Virus record (IMG/VR): IMGVR_UViG_3300033562_000092
Location: 1-24,505 of that record
DNA length: 24,505 bases
DNA from: a virus
Taxonomy: Duplodnaviria; Caudoviricetes
Strand: one strand, 5' to 3'
Shown here: piece by piece, positions 7,503 through 17,353 of the stretch
How positions within the stretch are numbered: position 1 is the first letter of the stretch
How the letters are laid out: each line of letters opens with the position of its first letter
Notes under the pieces: model-generated
The model's database searches: none
Told to the model about the DNA's origin: nothing
The model's input: the letters and a program-made list of their open reading frames with translations, nothing else
Position numbers and translations under genes: made by a program

Positions 7503-8942
7503 TTACACCACCGTTATGCGTGCTATATCGAACACGGCCAGAGTTGTGGCCCCGATGGCTATGTCGCTTGCATTGTACGCTGTGGGGGTTGTACCGTCCA
7601 CCGTGTTTCCCAAAGTCACAACAACATCAGCAAGGCCGGGAACTGTGTTGATAGGGGTCAGGATGGCCCGGCGGTAAACATTCTCCCCACTGTTGAACGT
7701 GGCCAAAGCCCATTCCACGATGGCGGTCTTGATGCGGGTGTCGCCGTCCACTGGGTAGGGTTCTTCACCGTTCAATGTGCGGGTGACCTTTACCCAGATA
7801 TAGGCGTAGGCGGGGCGGGAGAACTTGACGGTCTGGTTGCGACCTTCGGAGTCCACAATAACTTGGCTTATGGCGCCGTGGATCTCGATGCCGGCGGGGG
7901 CATTGTCCCAGATCACATTGGCAATGTCCAATTGCGCACCACCTTCTACAAGCGTTTCAAAGCTATGGGGCGGGCGACCGTCAACATCGGTAGTGCTTCC
8001 ACGGTTGGAAGTTACGGAACACGCCACAACCCCTGCAACATTGTTCAGCACTGCCTGGCGTATCGCCGCCTCGGTAGCCTTGCCACTGGAATAGAAACCA
8101 CTGGCCCTAATGCGCAGTTCCGCGTCTGTTTCAGCGTAACGGCCCGACGCCCCCGCCAAGGGGTTCGTCACCGATCCCCAGCCCGTCACGGGGTTTAGAA
8201 TTGTGGTGAGGGTGTCCACAGGTACGGCGGTGGGACCTTCAACGTCACATGTGAAGATTCCAGCCACAGCCAGACCGTCATCGGCTATGGCGATATTGGC
8301 CAATGCGCCCAATGCGAAATCCACACTGTCAAAATTGCCGATTGTGCCGTCAATGGTCAGCACACCAGCGGAATAAGTCACGGATAAATCGGTGGCCGCC
8401 TCTATTGCGGTTTCAAAGGATGCGCCCGCCGTATCCCGGTTGGTGCCGGTGTAGGTATATGCCACGGTGTCAATGGTGACGGTCCATGTGGTAGAGCCGG
8501 ATGGTACGGCCATTTCCAATATTGCGGTGCGACACACGGCTTCGGAAATGGCCGCATCGACATTCAAGGTAAAATTGATCTTGGTGCGGGGCTGTTGCAC
8601 CTTGGTTCCAGCCGAAATCAGCGTGCCAGAGTCGCCCCACAGTTGCACACCGTAGCAAATGGTTGGGGACGCGTCTATGCGGGTTACGCCTACTTCGGCA
8701 TAGGTATTGTCAAGGCTGGCACCGCTGGCCTCGTTGACGTTGCGGGAGGTATAGACCTCTTGGGCCACGTCCCATGCGTCCGAAAGCTCTTTGAGCCACA
8801 GGCCGGCAAGCTGGCCATATTTGCCATCGGCTGAAATGTCAATGCCTGGCCAAATAGTTTCAGCTTTCGCATCCAATGCCGATTTGAGTTCCGCAAGGGT
8901 GGGGCGTACAAATCCAGTAGGGGTTACACCGTAAGTGCTCAT
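7503..8942 (-). CDS. Baseplate J/gp47-like wedge protein
   Basis: YGVTPTGF, ASGASLD, GRYAETDAELRIR, PPHSFETLVEGG, APAGI motifs. Confidence 0.93.
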   Translation of the reverse strand: MSTYGVTPTGFVRPTLAELKSALDAKAETIWPGIDISADGKYGQLAGLWLKELSDAWDVAQEVYTSRNVNEASGASLDNTYAEVGVTRIDASPTICYGVQLWGDSGTLISAGTKVQQPRTKINFTLNVDAAISEAVCRTAILEMAVPSGSTTWTVTIDTVAYTYTGTNRDTAGASFETAIEAATDLSVTYSAGVLTIDGTIGNFDSVDFALGALANIAIADDGLAVAGIFTCDVEGPTAVPVDTLTTILNPVTGWGSVTNPLAGASGRYAETDAELRIRASGFYSSGKATEAAIRQAVLNNVAGVVACSVTSNRGSTTDVDGRPPHSFETLVEGGAQLDIANVIWDNAPAGIEIHGAISQVIVDSEGRNQTVKFSRPAYAYIWVKVTRTLNGEEPYPVDGDTRIKTAIVEWALATFNSGENVYRRAILTPINTVPGLADVVVTLGNTVDGTTPTAYNASDIAIGATTLAVFDIARITVV

Positions 8943-9298
8943 ATTACAACGGCCTCCGAGATAGTGGTTCCAGTTTCATCAAGGGCCGTGAACTCCACGG
9001 TATATGTGCGGGAAGCATTGTCGAATCCAACGGTGAGGGAGGTCAGGGACTTCACTCCCGGGGTGGCGTTGATGGTCGCCGCGTAAATGCCACGGATGGC
9101 TTGCAAATCGGGGGTTTTCTGGCCCAGGATGCTCTCATAGTAGGGCACTCCCAGCGATGGGTCCAGCCACCATTCACCTTGGAACGTGCGCAACCGTTGC
9201 CGAATCTTCATGGCCGTGTGATCAATGCCAGAAACCATGCACAGGTCCACAGTGCCGGCGCATAGTTCCAAGTCGTCATAAGGGCCGAAATTCTGCAT
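8939..9298 (-). CDS. Baseplate wedge / sheath initiator (gp25-like)
   Basis: IRQRLRTFQGEWWLDPSLGVPY, TPGVKS motifs; upstream of baseplate J. Confidence 0.88.
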   Translation of the reverse strand: MQNFGPYDDLELCAGTVDLCMVSGIDHTAMKIRQRLRTFQGEWWLDPSLGVPYYESILGQKTPDLQAIRGIYAATINATPGVKSLTSLTVGFDNASRTYTVEFTALDETGTTISEAVVI

Positions 9299-9304
9299 AC
9301 GGAC

Positions 9305-9347
9305 AATATAGCTAAACTATCAACATTTTACCAACAATGTATAAACA
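9305..9347 (-). promoter_or_regulatory. Promoter (TATATT -10) with three 11-bp-phased DnaA-box-like 9-mers
   Basis: TATATT 6 nt before ATG 9298; boxes at 9317, 9328, 9339. Confidence 0.65.
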
Positions 9348-9578
9348 CTAGGCTATGGTGCCTGACAATGCGCCGGTGGATATTGCGCCATATACAGGGC
9401 CCCCGGAATTGGATAGCCCGGAATTGGCAACGGTCAACGCCCCCGTAACCGTCACCGTGCCGGTCTTCACGTAGGCGTCTATGAGGTCGGCAAGGCCAGA
9501 AGCGAACTCTTCCGCCGTGTTGGGATGCCCACACAGGGATTGAATGCCAGATTTGAGGGATGCTTTGTTGAGTGCCAT
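9348..9578 (-). CDS. Small protein after spike (possible spike-associated subunit)
   Basis: MALNKASLK...LADLIDAYVK.G.VTV pattern typical of genes following myophage spikes; fills gap. Confidence 0.7.
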   Translation of the reverse strand: MALNKASLKSGIQSLCGHPNTAEEFASGLADLIDAYVKTGTVTVTGALTVANSGLSNSGGPVYGAISTGALSGTIA

Positions 9579-9581
9579 AAA

Positions 9582-10208
9582 TCAGGTTCCCGGAGTGGGG
9601 GCCGAACTTGGGCCCGCAGGGGTGGGGTGAATGTGGGTGGACAGGTTCACAGCGGTTGCCGGGCTTGCAGCCATGGCGGTAACTTCGGAGCTCACTGTGA
9701 CCGCACCGACTATTTCCATGTCTCCTGTGACCTTCAAACCGCCATCAGCCTTGAACTCTATCGCGGTGCCTTGATAATCCAGGATGGCCCCGGAATCTGG
9801 CATGGTGTTGGACGGTGTGGCGTTCCATGCAAATAGGCCCGGGATGAATATGGCATCGGCCATGGAGAAGCGGGATGCGTCCTCAGGGTCGCAGGGCTTG
9901 CCGTCCCCGTCCAGCCAGTCACCCATGGATGCTTCGGAGAACACCAATAGCCCGGTGTCGCCTTTCTTAAGGTCATACACGAAGGAAAAGCGCGGGGTGG
10001 ATGGAAACATCACAGGAACGCCCATGATAGGGGGATAGGGGATCACGGCCCCGTTGGTGGAGCGGTAATGCAACCCCGGCACTACTACGGCCCGGCGCGT
10101 CTTGTGGCCCTCATAGGATTGCACTACGGCCGGCATGGAGGTGTGGACGTTCTCAAAGCGCCCAGCCAGCCACCGGCCTAGAATCTCTTGCATGTTCACT
10201 TCTTTCAT
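9582..10208 (-). CDS. Baseplate central spike (gp138/gpV-like)
   Basis: HTSMPAVV, VPVMFP, KGDTGLLVFSE, DAIFIPG, C-terminal HIH metal-binding motif. Confidence 0.92.
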   Translation of the reverse strand: MKEVNMQEILGRWLAGRFENVHTSMPAVVQSYEGHKTRRAVVVPGLHYRSTNGAVIPYPPIMGVPVMFPSTPRFSFVYDLKKGDTGLLVFSEASMGDWLDGDGKPCDPEDASRFSMADAIFIPGLFAWNATPSNTMPDSGAILDYQGTAIEFKADGGLKVTGDMEIVGAVTVSSEVTAMAASPATAVNLSTHIHPTPAGPSSAPTPGT

Positions 10209-11221
10209 TGTCGGCTCACTACCATAGTACAGTTGAATTCGCCCCCATCGGAATCACCGTGGTATTGCACGTTTTCAATGAGGAAATATCCTTCCAGTTG
10301 ATCGGACTTCACTTGCACGATCCCATTGGGGACCAGTCGGGAGTCCAGCAAAGTTTCCAGTTCCCAAGTATCTTTGGGCGGGAGGCTTTCTATTTGCCGG
10401 GGGTCAGTTTCATAGGCCTGTACCGGGCCCACTTTCAATAGCCCGCTTTCATAGGTCAACGCGGGGATTTCCAGCACGCTACCCGTATCGTAGATCTTGA
10501 ATATGACCATGGTGGAAAGGTCAATGGTCAAGTCATACCCTTCGGCAATGAGGAAATCGCGCAGATCGTTCACCACATGGGATGCGCGCCCCACAAAGTT
10601 GTAACCGTTGGGCCGTAGGAACGTGGCCACGGTGGACTCATTGAACACCGTTAGGGTTACACCCAGGTTCACCGATAGGGCTTTGGCGATGTCGAGCACC
10701 TTGGAGCCGGGGCCATAACTCAAAGCCATGAAAGTCTTGGTCATGATCCGCTTGCGTTCGCGACCTTCCACGATCTCCAGGGATAGGCCCTTGTTGTCTT
10801 TGTCAACATACCCCTTTGCGCGGATGGTCTGGGCGACAATGTGCAGATAGCGGTCGGCACCCTGCCATTCCGTCATGGCACTTGTGATATATCCGCTGAA
10901 TATGAGGCCCGAACCCTCATCGGAATAGCCCGCTTCAATGGTGATGTAGGAATTTTCAGCGGATATGAACCGGCGGGCGGTGTCATCGGAGACATTGGCT
11001 ATGTTGAGTTCGGCCTTGTTGTCCTTGAACACGTTGGAGCGAGTCACGCGGAACCCCACGGTCAGCCCCGACAAATCCACCGCATTGCCTTCATCCGTGG
11101 CGTTGTCCACCCCGGAAAGGGTCAACGGGTCAAGGTCGGGCAAGTCCGTGGCGTTGAATTCGGCGGTGAATGGGTTGGACGGGTCCCCAATGGCTATCTT
11201 GAGTACCTTACCCCACGCCAT
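10205..11221 (-). CDS. Baseplate hub protein
   Basis: NKAELNIAN, IEAGY...LIFSG.I, YHGDSDGGEF motifs; synteny. Confidence 0.85.
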   Translation of the reverse strand: MAWGKVLKIAIGDPSNPFTAEFNATDLPDLDPLTLSGVDNATDEGNAVDLSGLTVGFRVTRSNVFKDNKAELNIANVSDDTARRFISAENSYITIEAGYSDEGSGLIFSGYITSAMTEWQGADRYLHIVAQTIRAKGYVDKDNKGLSLEIVEGRERKRIMTKTFMALSYGPGSKVLDIAKALSVNLGVTLTVFNESTVATFLRPNGYNFVGRASHVVNDLRDFLIAEGYDLTIDLSTMVIFKIYDTGSVLEIPALTYESGLLKVGPVQAYETDPRQIESLPPKDTWELETLLDSRLVPNGIVQVKSDQLEGYFLIENVQYHGDSDGGEFNCTMVVSRQ

Positions 11222-11561
11222 TGTCAGCCTTCCATGTCAAAAGTTCATCAGCCGTTAGGTAGGCCAGTAGCCATTCGGTGCCCAGGTTGTCATACCCCAA
11301 GCGGATTGTGGGATCGGTGACAGCGGGAATGGCTACAAGGTCCCCGCCCATCTTGATCTGAGAGCGGTGAGGGGTGCAAAGGGGCCAGCGTTCGACCACT
11401 TTCACACCGTCAATGCGCCCACCCTGGGAATCCACTATGGTCATGTGCCAATGCTCCGAGCGGGAGTTCCAGCACAGGCGAATCGTGAATTGCGCTCCGC
11501 CCAGATTGACCACTTGGGTGAAGTCGGCGCTTTTATCTGCAAAGCTCTTGATGTATCTCAT
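11208..11561 (-). CDS. Baseplate small subunit (plug-like)
   Basis: L.WNSR...WHMTI, GVKVV, YDNLG...LAY pattern; synteny. Confidence 0.8.
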   Translation of the reverse strand: MRYIKSFADKSADFTQVVNLGGAQFTIRLCWNSRSEHWHMTIVDSQGGRIDGVKVVERWPLCTPHRSQIKMGGDLVAIPAVTDPTIRLGYDNLGTEWLLAYLTADELLTWKADNGVG

Positions 11562-12115
11562 TGTTTACCCGCGTCATAGTTGCCGGAAGCCTGGCGATTG
11601 TCGCCTGTATCCATGTTCAATGGCGATGTGGACGCGTTGATCTTGGTGGTGGCCAAAGTCACGCGCTTTATTTCCTTGAACGAAATGCGGAATTGTTGTG
11701 CGTCCCCAGAATCCGCGTCCCGTGGTGCATCCACGCGGGTAATGACGCAATTCTCATAGGTGTCAAGGCCCAATACGATAGTCACCAGCTTCTTGTTGGC
11801 CCAAATGTCCTTCAGCACCTCTTGAAAGAAGTTGCGGGCGCGGTTGGGGCCCGCGGCAAGGCCTTGGAAGTTCTTCACCGCCGTATCGAACCCACTTGTA
11901 AAGGCGTTCACGCTCCAATTGGAAATGAGCCCTTCCAGTTCCCCGGAGCGCAGCACATTATGAATGTGCGTTGCAACCGCCGAACCAGTTTCTATGGGGT
12001 GTTCAGCTACACGGGCCTCAAGGCTATGGGATTCGGAAAGCACCAGGTCAAAGGCGAACCCGCCCACGGTGTACCCGCCTTGCTTGATGAAAAGGGATGC
12101 GTTTATCTGCTTCAT
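11558..12115 (-). CDS. Dit-like / tube initiator baseplate protein
   Basis: FDLVLSESH, EHPIETGS, YENCVIT, F.ISFKEI motifs; follows tape measure. Confidence 0.85.
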   Translation of the reverse strand: MKQINASLFIKQGGYTVGGFAFDLVLSESHSLEARVAEHPIETGSAVATHIHNVLRSGELEGLISNWSVNAFTSGFDTAVKNFQGLAAGPNRARNFFQEVLKDIWANKKLVTIVLGLDTYENCVITRVDAPRDADSGDAQQFRISFKEIKRVTLATTKINASTSPLNMDTGDNRQASGNYDAGKQ

Positions 12116-13989
12116 GTTCCAGCCTCCAGCACCCCGATAAGTTTCACATTGAGCAAGGACCGCATGGCCGTATCCGCAATGGAACGCACGGCGCTAGGGG
12201 TCAGCGCGGTTTCGCCCTTGGTGTCCACCGTGACGGGCATTTCAATTGTGTTGTTCTGGGTGAGGTTCACTTTCTTCTGGTTGTTCACAGAGTTCTGCAA
12301 TATGGATGTGAAAGGGTCGGTGGGGGCTTCGGCAGATACCTTACCCAGTTTGGCATTGGCCAGATTGCGTTTGGTTTCGGCTTGCGCGATCAGTTCATCC
12401 AATTTGGCGACGGTGGCATTGCGCTTGGCACGGCCGGCATCGTTAGGATTGCCCATTTCATCGTATAGCCTGTTCTGGTTGAGCAGTTTACCGCGTTCCA
12501 GTTTCAAAGTGGCATATGCGCTGGACGCCGCCGCCTCTTCAACCATGGCCGCGTGATACTCTTCTTCGGACTTGGCACGCATTGCGGCATCAGCTATGCG
12601 GTTGTATGCGTAATAGAGCACTCCCAGAGCCGCTATAACGGCACCGATGGGGCCTAGTGCTACCAAGAACGATGCGGCCATCTTGGTGCCCAAGGATAGC
12701 ACGAACGGGGCTAGGAACATGATATTGTCGCGCACAAGCTGGATCAGGCCCGACAAGAACGAAATGGCGTGGGAAATGATCCAGAATGCATTCGCCACCA
12801 TCATGGCCGCGGACTTGATTATGTTTGCCCACTCTGTAACGCCACCATCTCCGAACAGGCCCGCAACAGCGTCACGGATACGGCCCAGGGAGTCCAATAT
12901 GCCATACTCAACCAAAGTACGGCCAAACAGTTTTACGGCTTCCACGGCCAGCAGAATGGCGGTGGTGACGGGGGCCCAGTCCAGCTTGCCAATCCAGTCT
13001 ATGAACTGCTTGAGCAATGGGATAACGGGGTCCATGGCCTTGATGAGGGCCAATTGCACATTGTCCACCAGAGTGGACCAAAGCCCGCCCAGGGTCTTGG
13101 ACTGCTTCTCCATGTTCTGAAAGAACATCCCGCCTTGACTTGTGGCGATCTGGAAAGCCTTTGTAACCATTTCGGCGGAAATCTTGCCCTTGGACATTTG
13201 ATCTTTGAGCATTCCCATAGAAGTTCCAGCCTTGAGCCCGAACTTTTCCGCATTTTCAGCCATGATCTTGAGAGGGTTGAAACCCACCCCGATATACTGC
13301 AAAAGGTCTTGTCCCATGAGCTTGCCAGCGCTCATAGTCTGCCCATAGGCAAGGGCTAGGCGGTTGAGGCGTTCTTGGTCACCGCCTGCAACGTCCCCAA
13401 GCATCCGCACCGTGGCAATGGCCTTGTCACCGGCCACGCCGAACTGCAATAGGGTTTTCACGGATTCGGTGACACCCATGGAAGTGAGCGGGGTGGATGC
13501 GGCGAGCTTTTGAATGCTTGCCACCATCGCCTTTGCCTTGTCCTCGCTTTGGAGCATAACCCCGAACTGGGCAGTCATGCGTTCAAGGTCGGCCGCGCTC
13601 TGAATGGCGAACTTGCCAATCTGGAACACGGAGAACCCAGCCGCCAATGGCCCGAGCATACGGCCCGCGGCACCCATCAGACCCATACCGCCTGCGCCCT
13701 TGCTTGCTACCCCACCCCCGGCACCCTTGGCCGTTGGTTGCGCCTTGCCCCACGCGTCCCCCGCTTTGGCGGCATCCGCCATGATTGAGCTGGTCGCCGC
13801 GCGGGACGATCTAGCCATGTCCTTCATGGACATTGCCCATCCCATATCCATGGAATAGGCCATCTTGTTCAGGGATTGGTCAAGGTGCTTGAAAAGCCGT
13901 TCCGTTTGCCTTACCACGCGGGAAAGGCTGGCGGTGTCCAGCTTATAGGATACAAGGTTTACAAGTTCTTCGACGGTTATGGAGCTCAT
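12112..13989 (-). CDS. Tape measure protein
   Basis: LRMLGD-like VRMLGDVAGGD, LAYGQ...GKLMGQDL, SKTLGGLWSTL tape-measure domain; hydrophobic C-terminal helices. Confidence 0.95.
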   Translation of the reverse strand: MSSITVEELVNLVSYKLDTASLSRVVRQTERLFKHLDQSLNKMAYSMDMGWAMSMKDMARSSRAATSSIMADAAKAGDAWGKAQPTAKGAGGGVASKGAGGMGLMGAAGRMLGPLAAGFSVFQIGKFAIQSAADLERMTAQFGVMLQSEDKAKAMVASIQKLAASTPLTSMGVTESVKTLLQFGVAGDKAIATVRMLGDVAGGDQERLNRLALAYGQTMSAGKLMGQDLLQYIGVGFNPLKIMAENAEKFGLKAGTSMGMLKDQMSKGKISAEMVTKAFQIATSQGGMFFQNMEKQSKTLGGLWSTLVDNVQLALIKAMDPVIPLLKQFIDWIGKLDWAPVTTAILLAVEAVKLFGRTLVEYGILDSLGRIRDAVAGLFGDGGVTEWANIIKSAAMMVANAFWIISHAISFLSGLIQLVRDNIMFLAPFVLSLGTKMAASFLVALGPIGAVIAALGVLYYAYNRIADAAMRAKSEEEYHAAMVEEAAASSAYATLKLERGKLLNQNRLYDEMGNPNDAGRAKRNATVAKLDELIAQAETKRNLANAKLGKVSAEAPTDPFTSILQNSVNNQKKVNLTQNNTIEMPVTVDTKGETALTPSAVRSIADTAMRSLLNVKLIGVLEAGT

Positions 13990-14282
13990 CAGGTTTCCTC
14001 TTGCTTGGCGATCTGGTATTCGCCTATGGCCGTTTGCCAGTCGTTGCCCATGTCCATGACCGCTAATGCCCGGTCAATTTCCCCGAGGGTCCACTCGTCC
14101 ACTTGCGCGGGGGTGAAGCCCTTTTCGGTGACAAGTCGCCAAAAGCCATATTCGGCCTCTAGCGCATCGTCCATGTCGCCCACGCGCCCAAGCCGTTCAA
14201 GGTCTTTGGCGCGTTTGGCATCCGCTTTGGCTATCCAAGGGTTCCGGGGGTTGCGGACCCATCCCCCAGGAGCGCGAAAGGG
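13989..14282 (-). CDS. C-terminal extension of tail assembly chaperone (-1 frameshift product, lambda gpGT-like)
   Basis: -1 frame is open from just before the slippery site to TGA 13989, which overlaps the tape-measure ATG. Confidence 0.75.
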   Translation of the reverse strand, partial: PFRAPGGWVRNPRNPWIAKADAKRAKDLERLGRVGDMDDALEAEYGFWRLVTEKGFTPAQVDEWTLGEIDRALAVMDMGNDWQTAIGEYQIAKQEET

Positions 14283-14665
14283 AGGAACTCATTGTACCTC
14301 GCAATCTCGAACATGAGGATGTACAGGTCGGTGGGCTTGTCAATGGCCGCGTCCACCAGGTCGCCGGTGTGCAAAGTGCATACGCCCTTGCCCTCGATGG
14401 TGGTGGAAACGTATTTGCACATACCCAAGAGCAATGTATCGAACTCCGCATCGGGGAGCGCGGTGAGGGCCTGTTGCAAGCCCCCTGTGAGCATGTCCAT
14501 GGGCAAACTACCCAAGTCCCCCACGGACTGCATGGCTTGGATGCCACCGAGCAGGGGGATGATGACTTTGCCCAGTTTGCGCTGGAACTCTCCGGCGGCG
14601 CGGGCTTTCATGGGGTTCAAAGTGAACACCTTGTCGCCAATGGTTACTTGTTTGGGGTCTCTCAT
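14231..14665 (-). CDS. Tail assembly chaperone
   Basis: Between tube and tape measure; KQVTIGDKVF start; AGGAG SD. Confidence 0.85.
   Translation of the reverse strand: MRDPKQVTIGDKVFTLNPMKARAAGEFQRKLGKVIIPLLGGIQAMQSVGDLGSLPMDMLTGGLQQALTALPDAEFDTLLLGMCKYVSTTIEGKGVCTLHTGDLVDAAIDKPTDLYILMFEIARYNEFLPFALLGDGSATPGTLG
14276..14282 (-). other. -1 programmed frameshift slippery heptamer C CCT TTC
   Basis: X XXY YYZ in the correct phase, followed by a GC-rich stem. Confidence 0.75.
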
Positions 14666-14674
14666 GTCTCTCTC

Positions 14675-15103
14675 CTAGTTTATGAGATTGCCACCCGTGA
14701 ACATATCCCCGTTGATGCACTTGAATTTCCATTCCACGGCTTCGGTGGAGGCTCCAAACGCATGTGACGGGTTGGATACGATACGGGCTTGCGGGAAAAA
14801 GTGGATCGTGGTGCCCTGCAAATGCTTGATGATGAGGGGCCATGTGCCTGTATTGGCCGTAAGGTCGGACAAACGCAAGGCGGAAAGGCCGTCATTGAAC
14901 AAACTGGTTTGCAGAATACGCACAGTCACGGTGAAAGTGCGCCCGATATTACGGACAAAGTCCACCGCGCCATCTGTACCGCGCTTGGTGGAATAGTCGT
15001 CTTGGTCGGGCTCACATGTGATGAAACTCCCCTCGGCAAAGTCGCCAAGGGGAAGGGGGCCATAACTCATGACCACAGAACTGGGATCGTAAGTCATGGA
15101 CAT
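14675..15103 (-). CDS. Tail tube protein paralog 2 (DUF3277-like)
   Basis: TYDP, DFAEGS, LQTS..N..LSAL, EWKF motifs. Confidence 0.85.
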   Translation of the reverse strand: MSMTYDPSSVVMSYGPLPLGDFAEGSFITCEPDQDDYSTKRGTDGAVDFVRNIGRTFTVTVRILQTSLFNDGLSALRLSDLTANTGTWPLIIKHLQGTTIHFFPQARIVSNPSHAFGASTEAVEWKFKCINGDMFTGGNLIN

Positions 15104-15106
15104 GGA

Positions 15107-15532
15107 TTAGTTGCCGCCGATGACGAATGCGCCTGCGCCCGCGCCTTTCAGCGTCCAAGTGCGGCCAGTGGTGGAGTCTGCGTATTCCGCGCCGGGGCTC
15201 TTGACAATGCGACACTCGGGGAGCGACACAAGGGAAGTAGCCGAAACGCCGTTGTCTTTCACCAGGAACGGGCCCGCGCCGGCATTGCTCAACTTGTCAG
15301 CGGCCAGAAGCGCGGAAAGCGTGGCATTGACCGGGGAGGTCTGCAAGAGGGTGAACTCCACAGAGTAGCGGTTCATGTTCTTGTTCACCCATTCAGTTGC
15401 GCCCGCTCCGCCCTGCTTGAGCTCGAAGTGGTCGTCTTCTTCGGTGACTTTGATCATGGTGCCTTCTGCGAAGTCCGCAAGGATTACACCGTTGAACGAG
15501 GCTTGGATCAGTTTAGGATCATACGTGGACAT
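15107..15532 (-). CDS. Tail tube protein paralog 1 (DUF3277-like)
   Basis: TYDP, DFAEGT, LLQTSPVNATLSAL, RTWTL motifs; directly after sheath; AAGGAG SD. Confidence 0.88.
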   Translation of the reverse strand: MSTYDPKLIQASFNGVILADFAEGTMIKVTEEDDHFELKQGGAGATEWVNKNMNRYSVEFTLLQTSPVNATLSALLAADKLSNAGAGPFLVKDNGVSATSLVSLPECRIVKSPGAEYADSTTGRTWTLKGAGAGAFVIGGN

Positions 15533-15542
15533 GGTGCGCTCC

Positions 15543-16862
15543 TTAGAGGGTTACAGTGCCGTTGACGGTGGTTTTCACGATGGCGTTCTGGCGACGGGCG
15601 CTGAAAGTCATGGTGAGGGTCTGGGCCGCAATGTCCGCTGTCGCAACATTGGCAAATTTAGGGGCCACAACGTCAAAAGTGCCGGGTACAAAAATGCCAG
15701 CCTGTTCCATGCGGTTGCCGGTGCCGCGCAAAGTGCCCTCTTCCAGCGCAATACCAGAATCGTTATACGGCACCTTGTCATTGTTAAGCTTGAGCGCCCA
15801 CAGGTCGGCCTGGATCTCACTCACGGCGTAGTCAAGGTCGCGGGTGGCTTCAATCGGGTCGCCAGAGGCCAGCAATCCGAACACAGCTACGTTCTTGCCA
15901 CCGATAGTAGTGAAGGTGGAGCAGTTCTTGGCCCATGCCGCGGAAGTGTTGCCTTCGGTGAGGTTGTCCGCGCTCACGCCCTGCAATACCTTTTCAGCCC
16001 ATGTGGACTTGCCGGGGACTTTGGTCAGTTCCAAACCCATCCATGCGCATTGCGCGTATTCGTGGGGCAAGGTGTGGTAAATGCTGAACGTGCGCTCGTA
16101 GGACAGTGCTTTGAGCAAGCTAGGCAGGTCGGTGGACACGCCAGAGTTCAGGATGTCGGGGTTAGCATCTGCATGGCCGAACAGCTTTTGGTTGCTGGCC
16201 GCCCAGGATGCCGCCGAAAGGGTTTTGGCGGAATCGGTGACGTAGGTCACGGTGGCGGTGGGCTGGGATGCGCCCAGGGTAACCACGCAAGTCACGGGAG
16301 AAATGTCCCGACCCGCTTTGGTCACGGTGATGGATTGCCCGCTCACGGTGGCAGTGGCCCCGGCGATGGCTAGTTCGATGGCCGATTTCCAAGCGGTCAT
16401 GGTGGCGGCGTGGGAAGTGCCATACACAACGGCGGGGACGGCCACACCATCGAAAGTGGATGCGATGGAGTTGCCGGTGATGAGGTCAGCGGAAAGCGTC
16501 ACCTTGCCCGAAGTAATACCCACCATCGCGAACCCGTACCAATCGGCATTTGCCAGATTGATGGCGGCGAGAGCTGCACTTGCGGTCGCGTCCGTGGAAT
16601 CCATGCGGCCTACCATGATACTGTTGGGCTTGTACGCTTGCCCGAACATGAGATTGGCGGCGTCATATATGGCATCACCTGCGGCCCAACCATCGGCGGT
16701 CAGTTCGGACATGGAGCCATAGTACCGGTGCCGTGCAAAGGCCGTGGTGGTCTTGGACGTGAGGAATTCGCACATGATTGCGGGGATGCCATAAGTGGCA
16801 CGCGCAACAGCCGAAGTCTGCTTGCTCACGGTGACGTTGACGATATTGGAAAGAGCTGTCAT
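15543..16862 (-). CDS. Tail sheath protein (DUF3383-like)
   Basis: LSNIVNVTV, DWYGF, PGKSTWAEK.L.GV, KVPYNDSGI motifs. Confidence 0.93.
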   Translation of the reverse strand: MTALSNIVNVTVSKQTSAVARATYGIPAIMCEFLTSKTTTAFARHRYYGSMSELTADGWAAGDAIYDAANLMFGQAYKPNSIMVGRMDSTDATASAALAAINLANADWYGFAMVGITSGKVTLSADLITGNSIASTFDGVAVPAVVYGTSHAATMTAWKSAIELAIAGATATVSGQSITVTKAGRDISPVTCVVTLGASQPTATVTYVTDSAKTLSAASWAASNQKLFGHADANPDILNSGVSTDLPSLLKALSYERTFSIYHTLPHEYAQCAWMGLELTKVPGKSTWAEKVLQGVSADNLTEGNTSAAWAKNCSTFTTIGGKNVAVFGLLASGDPIEATRDLDYAVSEIQADLWALKLNNDKVPYNDSGIALEEGTLRGTGNRMEQAGIFVPGTFDVVAPKFANVATADIAAQTLTMTFSARRQNAIVKTTVNGTVTL

Positions 16863-17353
16863 TAGTTGCTCCCTATGTTATGTGTGATGTTTTCAAAGGC
16901 GATGATGGTAGAAGTTTCAGTGGCATCGTCACAGAAGCGGAATGCCAGTTTCACAGTGGCCTCTTCCACGTAGGACGTGCCATTCACGCGTGGGAGGTCT
17001 ATCACTTGCCCAGGGGCCAGCATGGAAATGCCGTTCTTGGAAAAGTATTGCACGGAGGTTGTGGATGTCAGCAGGGCCAGCACACGGCGCAAGATGTCCC
17101 CGGCGGATTCGGATAATGGATCGGTGCCAACGGTGGCCCAAAGTTGGATAGAACCTTCGTATTGCGTGCGCACGGTTTCCACGGTCGCCGTCCATTTGTG
17201 TTCTGTACCCTTTGGGGTGGCCGTGGGGCGTGAAACGGATACATAGGGGACGGCGGGAGCGGGCGCGTTCTGGAAGGCCTGCATGACCGTCATAGGGGTT
17301 AGGCGCGTGACAATGTAGGCATGGATTAAGCGGTATGCGGATGTGAGGGTCAT
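16862..17353 (-). CDS. Tail terminator / neck protein
   Basis: QNAPAP..PYVSV motif; upstream of sheath; ATGA-coupled start at 17353. Confidence 0.75.
   Translation of the reverse strand: MTLTSAYRLIHAYIVTRLTPMTVMQAFQNAPAPAVPYVSVSRPTATPKGTEHKWTATVETVRTQYEGSIQLWATVGTDPLSESAGDILRRVLALLTSTTSVQYFSKNGISMLAPGQVIDLPRVNGTSYVEEATVKLAFRFCDDATETSTIIAFENITHNIGSN

Noticed and set aside
7110-16373. Other long plus-strand ORFs (e.g. 7110-8198, 11561-12556, 14789-15565, 15375-16373)
   Set aside because: All lie opposite well-supported minus-strand structural genes and lack motifs
14675-16862. Extracellular contractile injection system or tailocin
   Set aside because: Capsid, protease, neck and primase genes show a complete phage; the sheath is of phage DUF3383 type
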